50,232 nt of DNA from an uncultured Chryseobacterium sp. GTDB taxonomy: Bacteria > Bacteroidota > Bacteroidia > Flavobacteriales_F > PHOS-HE28. Below the pieces are notes generated by a model. It was given only the letters and a program-made list of their open reading frames with translations, had not been told where the DNA came from and did no database searches. Location: positions 1-50,232 of the forward strand of contig CAZLGY010000002.1 of NCBI GenBank assembly GCA_964559165.1, read 5' to 3'. This document shows, one piece after another, positions 44,229 to 50,232 of this stretch. The translations under genes were made by a program, and so were the position numbers. Within the stretch, counting starts at the first letter, position 1. The number at the start of each line of letters is the position of its first letter.

Positions 44229-44260
44229 CAGGGGTCCCGTCCGGGGCCCCTGTTCGGTTT
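44229..44260 (+). terminator. Candidate intrinsic terminator or 5-prime UTR hairpin (10-bp GC-rich stem, 4-nt loop, followed by TTCGGTTT)
   Basis: CAGGGGTCCC-GTCC-GGGGCCCCTG was read directly (9 Watson-Crick pairs + 1 GU). It lies 105 nt after the response-regulator stop and 85 nt before the next ATG. Confidence 0.35.
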
Positions 44261-44344
44261 CCGGTCCCGCCGTCCTGGTGGCTTGCATTCCGCCCGCGAT
44301 CGTTATACCTTGCGCCTTCATCGGTCCGGAATGGGCCGGATCAT

Positions 44345-45118
44345 ATGCAGCCCATGAAAACCCTTTTCGCATCCGTCCTGCTCGCCGCCTCGTTCCCTGC
44401 CAGCATCCTGGCCCAGTCCCCGGTGGATATCGGCATGTACCGCAATGGTGACCAGCTCGATGTGTACCTGCGGCCTTCTGCTGATTTCGACGGGATCGTA
44501 TCGTCCCTGGTGTTCGCTGTCCGCTGGGATGGTAGTGGGGGGGCCACCCTTGGCGCACTGGCGCAGGAGGGTGCTGCCGCCCAATACCTGCCCACCATGC
44601 GTTCCGGTGCGGTGAGGGAGGTGGGCTCGCAGCGCTACCAAGTGTACGCCGGCTTCGGCATGAGCCCGATCGCCAGCGCGGGCGCCCGTTGGGAGGCCGG
44701 CAAGGAATACCTGGTGGCCAGCATCCCCGTGAACGGCAAGGCCGATTTCGAGATCGCGAACGACGCCTGGACCTCCGAGGTGAAGAACAATGCGGACTAT
44801 TACCTCGCGCTCGGCGGTGCCGACAGGTCGGGTAACATCTACAAGTCCCTTGCCAGTGCCGAAGAGGATGGAGGCGTGCTCGTTCAACCCAATCCCAACA
44901 ATGGTCTTTTCGCGTTCGGTTTCACCACCCGTACCGCGACCGACGTCACCGTGGAGGTGGTGAACTCCCTCGGCCAGTCCGTGTTCACGGAAACCTTGAA
45001 GGGTTTTGAAGGCACCTACCGCAAGGAGATGGACATCACCACCCAGAGCACGGGCGTGTATTACCTTCGCCTGAAGCGCGGCGAGAGCACGAGCACCCAC
45101 AAGATCGTGTACAAGTGA
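44345..45118 (+). CDS. Small secreted protein with T9SS type A C-terminal sorting domain
   Basis: 257 aa from ATG 44345. Signal peptide MQPMKTLFASVLLAASFPASILAQ. CTD VLVQPNPNNGLFAFGF...VEVVNSLGQSVF...GVYYLRLKRGE...HKIVYK. Confidence 0.75.
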   Translation: MQPMKTLFASVLLAASFPASILAQSPVDIGMYRNGDQLDVYLRPSADFDGIVSSLVFAVRWDGSGGATLGALAQEGAAAQYLPTMRSGAVREVGSQRYQVYAGFGMSPIASAGARWEAGKEYLVASIPVNGKADFEIANDAWTSEVKNNADYYLALGGADRSGNIYKSLASAEEDGGVLVQPNPNNGLFAFGFTTRTATDVTVEVVNSLGQSVFTETLKGFEGTYRKEMDITTQSTGVYYLRLKRGESTSTHKIVYK

Positions 45119-45141
45119 TCCTGTGATCATATCCAACTGCG

Positions 45142-45175
45142 GCGGGCACCTTCCATGGTGCCCGCTGTCGTTGTT
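45142..45175 (+). terminator. Rho-independent terminator (perfect 9-bp stem GCGGGCACC / GGTGCCCGC, 6-nt loop, T-rich tail TGTCGTTGTTG)
   Basis: Read directly. It lies 24 nt downstream of the stop at 45118, between convergent genes. Confidence 0.6.
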
Positions 45176-45182
45176 GGGAGGC

Positions 45183-47894
45183 TCACGCCAGGCAGCAGGC
45201 GCAGTATTCGCTCGCCGGGTCATGCGCGAACGGCGCCGTGCCGCGCACGATCTCTTCGGTAAGGGTGCACAGGAGTTCAGTGACCTGGCCGAGCATGTCC
45301 CGTGTGATGTTCTCTTCGCCGTTCACGCTGAGCCATATGCCCTCCGCGTTGGAGGGCTGCTGCAAGGGGATGAGGCCGGTGTGCACGGCCTGCACATCAG
45401 GGTGGCGATGCATGTAGGCCCACGCATAGGTGAGCAGTTGGAGCGCATAACCGTGCCCCGCCTTCAGGTCGCTGCGATCCAATGAGCGCAACTTCACCTG
45501 CTCCGGTCGCACGTTCCCGGTCTTCAGGTCCAGGATGTGCACCAACCCATCGCGCAGGTCCACGCGATCGCAGCGACCCACGATGCGGAACCCATTGGGC
45601 AGCACCTGTTCCACATCGAGTTCCACGGACAGCGGGGTGATCGTGGCGCCTGCCGCGATGCGTGCAGCCTCGCTGCGGAGGTAACGGTCCAGGGCCTCTT
45701 CCGCCATGGCAAGGCTCAACATGTGATGGCCGCGGTCCAGGGCGGCATCCTTGAGCTCGGTGGCCACCTCGGCTGCCAGGCGCTGCGCGAGGCCCTGGCG
45801 CCAGCCATCCAGGTCCGCCGGCCTCAAGACCGTGCCGAGGTGGGGTTCGACGGACTTGCGCAGCACTTCGTGAACGGCACTACCGAGCACCCTGCTTTCG
45901 AGCCGCGGGCTGTAGTCATCGGGTTCCCGCACGCGCATCACACGTCGGAAGAAGAGGTCCATCGGGCAGCGCAGCCAGATGGACAGGGTGGACGGTGAAA
46001 TGCCCTTGGCGCCCATCCGCTCCAGTTCCTGAGCGATCCACGGTGCACGTTCGATGTGGACGGAACCCCGGATCGCCGGGCTGGGCTTGGCCACGACCGT
46101 TCCATGTTCGATGCGTGTCCGGCTGATGGGGACCAGCTCATGTTCCCATTGGGCGATGAAGCGGGTGGGCTCTGCCGGTTCCGGGCCTCCACCGGCATGC
46201 CCGATCAGCACCAGCTCCCGGGTGCCCTGCACCAACCGTTGGAAGTGGTAAGCCTGCACCGATGCGCTGTCGTTGGGAAGGGGTAGGCCCAAAGCCCTGC
46301 GCAGGTCATGGGGGATGAAGCTCTGCTGCCCCCCGCTACGCGGCAGGTGCCCTTCGTTCGCCCCTACCACAAGCACCCGTTCAGGGCTCAGTGCCCGGGT
46401 CTCCAACAGTCCCATCACCTGGATCCCGAGCGCCGCATCCCCTGCGTAGCCGATGGGCTCCATGTTCATCAGGCGGTCCCGTACGTCACGGTGCATGAGC
46501 TCCCGGTCCACGGACAGCCCCGCATCGGAGACCTGCGTGCACAGCCTGTTCCAAGCATCGGTGGTCCGCAGCACCTGTTCCAGCACCTGTGGGTCCTCGC
46601 CGTGCAGCGCTGCGAACGCCCCAAGGAACGCATTCACCGCAGGCTGCAGTGCTTCCTGTGCCAGGCCTGTGAGCAGGGTGGCGGACAGTGGTGCCCCTCC
46701 AAGATGTTCCTGCACAAGCTCCACTGACAGCGTGGACCGCTGGATCCTTCGCAGGGCTGCCGCGCCTTGCAGGTCGGTCTCACCACGTGCGATCAAAGGG
46801 TGTAGCAGGTATGCCTGCAGTATTCCGGTGGGCAGGGCGCCGGTGCGCTGTCGTGCTTCGAACAAGGCGATGAACAGGTCCAGGAGCCCCTTTAGAGGCC
46901 AGTTCACCCATGGCAGGCCAGCCGAGATATTGATCGGCCCGCAGGTGGCAGGCAGCGAAGCCACCAGCGATGGAAGCAGGCTCTCATCGGCCAGCAGCAC
47001 GAGCACGTTCGGCCGTTCATCCTGGGCAAGTGCGTTCAACCAGTTGGCCGCATGCTGCGCCTGGGAGCGGGCATCGGGCACCACCACGGAACTAATGGTG
47101 CGTTCCTTTTCCCTGAACAGGTCCACCGGTGGCACGGCGCCTGCGCCAAGGGCCTCGATGGACCGGCGGATGAAGCGTCCTGCCTCTTGTTCATTGTTGT
47201 CCAGATAGTACCTGTCCAGGTCCCATGCCAGATGCAGCATGTTACGGCGGTCGAAGGCGCGGAGCACGGCGGTGGCTGCAGGTTCCAGGGCATTGGCACC
47301 AACGCACCAGACCGCTGTCCAAGGCAGGTCGGTGCCTGCTGCGCGCAGGGCGGCCTCGCGGGCGATCCACCCGCTGGTGCCCTTGCGGTCCGCTGCCATC
47401 TGCGCGTGCAGCAGGCGATGCAGTTCGCCGCTCCGGTTCCACAGGGAAACCGCGAGCTGCTGTCCTTCGCTGAGCTCCTCGCCCAGGGCCAGGCTCCATT
47501 GGTCGATCTCGGCGAAGGAGCGGAGGTCCCTGTACAGCTCGTCCAGGTCGATCAAGTGGTGGTCCACCTCGCTCATGTCACGCAACGTGGTGGGTGCCCA
47601 TTGCAGGAATTCGGTCAGGTCGTTCGTGCCCGACGTGTCAAGGGTCCCGTGAAGCCGGTGCAATGTCAGCAGCAGTTCAGCCTGGGTGGCCTGCCGGGCC
47701 CCTGCCACTGCGGAAAGGAAGCGGCCCATGTCGAGCATGACCGGTGCCCAGAACGGTCTGCCGATGACCTCCGCGAGGTACTTTTGCAGGTGTGCAGCAG
47801 CCCGCTGTCCGGGCACCACGATGGCGACCTGTTGCAGGTCATCTCCGTGGCGGTCGATGATGGCGCGTGCCGTGCGTTGCAGGAAAGTGTTCAT
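45183..47894 (-). CDS. PD-(D/E)XK nuclease family protein, AddB-like (inactive-helicase-like N-part plus RecB-type nuclease with Cys cluster)
   Basis: 903 aa from ATG 47894 (MNTFLQRTARAII...). The C-terminal nuclease motifs are GRCDRVD...HILDLKTG and YALQLLTYAWAY. Four Cys (RCPMD upstream and the terminal EYCACC) suggest an AddB/Cas4-like Fe-S cluster. Confidence 0.75.
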   Translation of the reverse strand: MNTFLQRTARAIIDRHGDDLQQVAIVVPGQRAAAHLQKYLAEVIGRPFWAPVMLDMGRFLSAVAGARQATQAELLLTLHRLHGTLDTSGTNDLTEFLQWAPTTLRDMSEVDHHLIDLDELYRDLRSFAEIDQWSLALGEELSEGQQLAVSLWNRSGELHRLLHAQMAADRKGTSGWIAREAALRAAGTDLPWTAVWCVGANALEPAATAVLRAFDRRNMLHLAWDLDRYYLDNNEQEAGRFIRRSIEALGAGAVPPVDLFREKERTISSVVVPDARSQAQHAANWLNALAQDERPNVLVLLADESLLPSLVASLPATCGPINISAGLPWVNWPLKGLLDLFIALFEARQRTGALPTGILQAYLLHPLIARGETDLQGAAALRRIQRSTLSVELVQEHLGGAPLSATLLTGLAQEALQPAVNAFLGAFAALHGEDPQVLEQVLRTTDAWNRLCTQVSDAGLSVDRELMHRDVRDRLMNMEPIGYAGDAALGIQVMGLLETRALSPERVLVVGANEGHLPRSGGQQSFIPHDLRRALGLPLPNDSASVQAYHFQRLVQGTRELVLIGHAGGGPEPAEPTRFIAQWEHELVPISRTRIEHGTVVAKPSPAIRGSVHIERAPWIAQELERMGAKGISPSTLSIWLRCPMDLFFRRVMRVREPDDYSPRLESRVLGSAVHEVLRKSVEPHLGTVLRPADLDGWRQGLAQRLAAEVATELKDAALDRGHHMLSLAMAEEALDRYLRSEAARIAAGATITPLSVELDVEQVLPNGFRIVGRCDRVDLRDGLVHILDLKTGNVRPEQVKLRSLDRSDLKAGHGYALQLLTYAWAYMHRHPDVQAVHTGLIPLQQPSNAEGIWLSVNGEENITRDMLGQVTELLCTLTEEIVRGTAPFAHDPASEYCACCLA

Positions 47895-47952
47895 GGAACG
47901 GAGCGGGGAAGATACTTCGGGGGAGCGGGACATCTGGCCACAATTCCGCAAG

Positions 47953-48165
47953 ATGGTCGGAAGCGAACGCTATTACGCCATCCACTCGCCGCATCGGTTC
48001 ACCGAACTGCAGCGGATGGGCGCGCGCTGGCTGCGGTATGATGTGGAGGCCACGGTTTACCCCGAACTCCTCCGCATCCGGGAAATGCTCGCCATGGATC
48101 ATCCGTACGAACCCGCGAGCGCTGCCGAGTGGGCCTGCTACGAGGCTGTGGCACTGGCGATGTAG
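47953..48165 (+). CDS. Hypothetical 70-aa protein (weak call)
   Basis: An ATG-started ORF with a GC-rich third codon position in otherwise intergenic space, divergent from the nuclease gene. No recognisable motif. Confidence 0.3.
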   Translation: MVGSERYYAIHSPHRFTELQRMGARWLRYDVEATVYPELLRIREMLAMDHPYEPASAAEWACYEAVALAM

Positions 48166-48220
48166 GCCGGGGTCTGGTGCGAGGCAACCTTTACGCTTAC
48201 TTTACGGTCCTTTCATCACG

Positions 48221-50232
48221 ATGCGCGCCCTGTTGCTGTTCCCGGGAATGTTGGTCGGTGGCCTGCTGCACGCCACCCACATCATCGGCGGCAACATGTA
48301 TTACGATCACCTGGGCGGTGATCAATACCGCATCACCCTGGTGCTGTACCGTGATTGCGGCCCGGACAACGCCAATGGGACAGGGTTCGATGCATCCGCA
48401 TCCTTGGCGGTCTACAATGCCTCTGGTCAGGAGGTGAACTCCGCGAGCGTTCCCTTTGCGGGGGAGGTGCCGTTGCCGGTGGACCTCAACGATCCCTGCC
48501 TCACCGTTCCTCCGACCGTATGCGTGCGTACCGCGGTATACCAGCGCGTCTTCAACCTGCCGCCGATACCAGGTGGTTACACGGTCAGTTACCAGCGCTG
48601 CTGCCGTACACCCTCCATGGCCAACCTGGCGGGCCAGCAGGGGTTGACGTGTTCGGCTACCATTCCCGGTCCGCCCCTGGCGCAGAACAGTTCGCCGCGC
48701 TTCGGAGACATACCGGCCATCGCGCTTTGTCTCGGGCGCGACCAGACCATCGATTTCAGCGCCACCGACCCCGATGGCGATGAGCTGGTATACAGCCTGT
48801 GCGCGCCATACACCGGCGGCACAGCCACCAACCCCGCCCCGTTCCCGGCGCCACCTCCCTACACCGAAGTGACATTCGGTGCGGGCTATTCGGCCACCGA
48901 CCCGATCGATTCAGACCCGCCCGTTTCCATCGATCCGTCGACCGGGTTGCTCACCGTGAGCGCCACCCTGCAGGGCGTGTATACCGTGGGCGTCTGCGTG
49001 TCCGAATACCGCAACGGCGTTGAGGTGGGCGTAACGCGTGGCGACTTCCTCTTCAAGGTGGTGGTGTGCGATGCGGAGGTGCTGGCCATCGTTGCGGAGC
49101 AGGGCGAGGCCACCTTGTGCGGCGGGCTTACGCAGGCGTTCGAGAACGAAAGCGTGAACGGCAATACGTGGCTTTGGGATTTCGGTGATCCGGGCACGGA
49201 TGCCGATGTGTCGGACCTGCAGGAACCGGTATGGACCTATGCCCAGCCCGGTATCTACACCGTGATGCTGGTCGCCAATCCGGGCAGCACCTGTGCTGAC
49301 ACCAGCTACCAGGTCTATGATATGCAGGCCCCGCTTGACATCTGGTTCGAACGTCCTCCGGCCGTTTGTCCCGGCGAGGCGGCGGAACTCGCTGTGAGCG
49401 GTGTTTTCGGTCCCGGGGCTTCCTTTGCGTGGCAGGCAGGCCCGTTCGGCACACCGGATGCAGGCAACGGCCAATCCTTCTCCGTGCAGTACGCGGATCC
49501 CGGCACCTACGCGGTCACCTTGTCCGGTGGTTCCGGTGCGTGTGCCGATAGCTACACCGATTCCGTGGTGGTGCTGCCGCCTCCCGAGGCTTCACTGGTG
49601 ATAGGGCCGGATATCTGTGCCATGGGAGAGGTGCCGTTCGCAAGTACTTCCACGGCCGGCACGCCATTGACCTATGAATGGCGCATCAACGGGGAGATGG
49701 TCTCGCAGGATAGTGCGTTCAGCCGTGTGTTCGACGTGCCCGGCACGTATTTCACCACGTTGACCATCCGAACGGATTCAGGTTGTGTGGCGGAGCGTTC
49801 CGCTGAGGCCCCCGCGGCGTTGGTGGTCCATCCGGTCCCGGTGGCCGCCTTTACCATTGAACCGCTCGAGGTCAGCCTGCTCGATCCCGAAGTGGTGATC
49901 CGCGATGGTTCGCAGGATGCGGTGGGGTGGACCTATGCGCTGGAGGGTGTCGTGCTGGATGGTCCCGAACACACTTACGAGTTCACGGACGGTGGACGCC
50001 GAACGATCCTGCTTGCGGTGGTGAGCGAGCATGGCTGTGTGGACACCACCTCGCGTGTGGTCACGGTAAGCGACCATTTGCTATACGTGCCCACCGCATT
50101 CACGCCCGATGGTGACGGTGTGAACGATACATGGCTTCCCTCCGTTCGTGGCGCCCGTCTGTATGAACTTGTGGTGTTCGATCGCTGGGGGCGTCAGGTG
50201 TTCGCCACCACCGACCCGCGCGCTGGTTGGGG
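48221..50232 (+). CDS. Large secreted adhesin-like protein with Cys-rich N-terminal domain, PKD-type repeats and gliding-motility/CHU_C (T9SS type B) C-terminal domain; 3-prime end runs off the window
   Basis: It is not in the ORF track because no stop is reached. I translated 48221..50232 by hand in frame and found no stop (670 codons). Signal peptide MRALLLFPGMLVGGLLHA. N-domain HIIGGNMYYDH...LVLYRDCGP...YQRCCRT. DPDGDELVY is present. PKD-like repeats include WLWDFGDPG...PGIYTVMLVA and PGTYFTTLTI. The terminal LYVPTAFTPDGDGVNDTWLP...VVFDRWGRQVF is the CHU_C pattern. Confidence 0.8.
   Translation, partial: MRALLLFPGMLVGGLLHATHIIGGNMYYDHLGGDQYRITLVLYRDCGPDNANGTGFDASASLAVYNASGQEVNSASVPFAGEVPLPVDLNDPCLTVPPTVCVRTAVYQRVFNLPPIPGGYTVSYQRCCRTPSMANLAGQQGLTCSATIPGPPLAQNSSPRFGDIPAIALCLGRDQTIDFSATDPDGDELVYSLCAPYTGGTATNPAPFPAPPPYTEVTFGAGYSATDPIDSDPPVSIDPSTGLLTVSATLQGVYTVGVCVSEYRNGVEVGVTRGDFLFKVVVCDAEVLAIVAEQGEATLCGGLTQAFENESVNGNTWLWDFGDPGTDADVSDLQEPVWTYAQPGIYTVMLVANPGSTCADTSYQVYDMQAPLDIWFERPPAVCPGEAAELAVSGVFGPGASFAWQAGPFGTPDAGNGQSFSVQYADPGTYAVTLSGGSGACADSYTDSVVVLPPPEASLVIGPDICAMGEVPFASTSTAGTPLTYEWRINGEMVSQDSAFSRVFDVPGTYFTTLTIRTDSGCVAERSAEAPAALVVHPVPVAAFTIEPLEVSLLDPEVVIRDGSQDAVGWTYALEGVVLDGPEHTYEFTDGGRRTILLAVVSEHGCVDTTSRVVTVSDHLLYVPTAFTPDGDGVNDTWLPSVRGARLYELVVFDRWGRQVFATTDPRAGW

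Noticed and set aside
1-50232. Search for CRISPR repeats, tRNA/rRNA genes, transposases, integrases, phage genes and toxin-antitoxin or known defence-system genes
   Set aside because: None was recognised. Intergenic regions are at most 220 nt and contain no direct-repeat arrays or cloverleaf-like sequences. The only nuclease is the AddB-like repair protein.

Overview
The window is 50.2 kb of GC-rich DNA (roughly 60-65% by eye), densely coding, with 44 supported protein genes and no rRNA, tRNA, CRISPR array, transposase or integrase. All functions below come from motifs read in the ORF translations. No database search was possible.

Lineage markers point to a high-GC member of the Bacteroidota:
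- two T9SS type A C-terminal sorting domains and one gliding-motility/CHU_C (type B) sorting domain;
- DUF4834, DUF4783 and DUF2147-type small proteins;
- TAnnTTTG -7 promoter boxes;
- a menaquinone gene cluster.

Content falls into four blocks.
1. Envelope-glycan module 129..7684: DUF4834, a 937-aa YfhO/GT-C membrane protein, GT4, a Wzx-like flippase, then convergent methyltransferase + GT4.
2. Minus-strand string 7687..13570: DUF2147, an M1 zinc peptidase whose C-terminus looks like an Omp85-type beta-barrel, YihY/BrkB, nadC, DUF4783.
3. A 13-gene tightly packed, largely overlapping minus-strand operon 15682..28855: wzm-wzt ABC exporter, a complete legionaminic-acid-type nonulosonic acid pathway (legB-legC-legH-legI-legG-ptmE-legF), an uncharacterised 466-aa protein, GT2, a methyltransferase and GT4. 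Beside it sits a polytopic membrane protein gene (14236..15654) carrying a sharp AT-rich island.
4. Housekeeping and other genes: rlmH, rdgB, ddl + GT4, PASTA protein, T9SS cargo, rluD, sulfotransferase, menF-menD-menA-menC-menE plus a hotdog thioesterase, an orphan OmpR-type response regulator, an AddB-like PD-(D/E)XK nuclease, and a 3-prime-truncated PKD/CHU_C adhesin.

The most interesting candidates are:
- the M1 peptidase-Omp85 barrel fusion with its coupled DUF2147 gene;
- the ABC-exported legionaminic-acid glycan operon with its unassigned candidate nonulosonate transferase and Wzt C-terminal recognition domain;
- the mosaic AT-rich membrane-protein gene;
- the DUF4834-YfhO-GT4-flippase module.

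Many long ORFs in the six-frame track are antisense or 5-prime-extension artefacts of the high GC content and were rejected. Several track ORFs begin at TTG or GTG, and I re-set those starts to in-frame ATG or coupled start codons where the sequence supports it.
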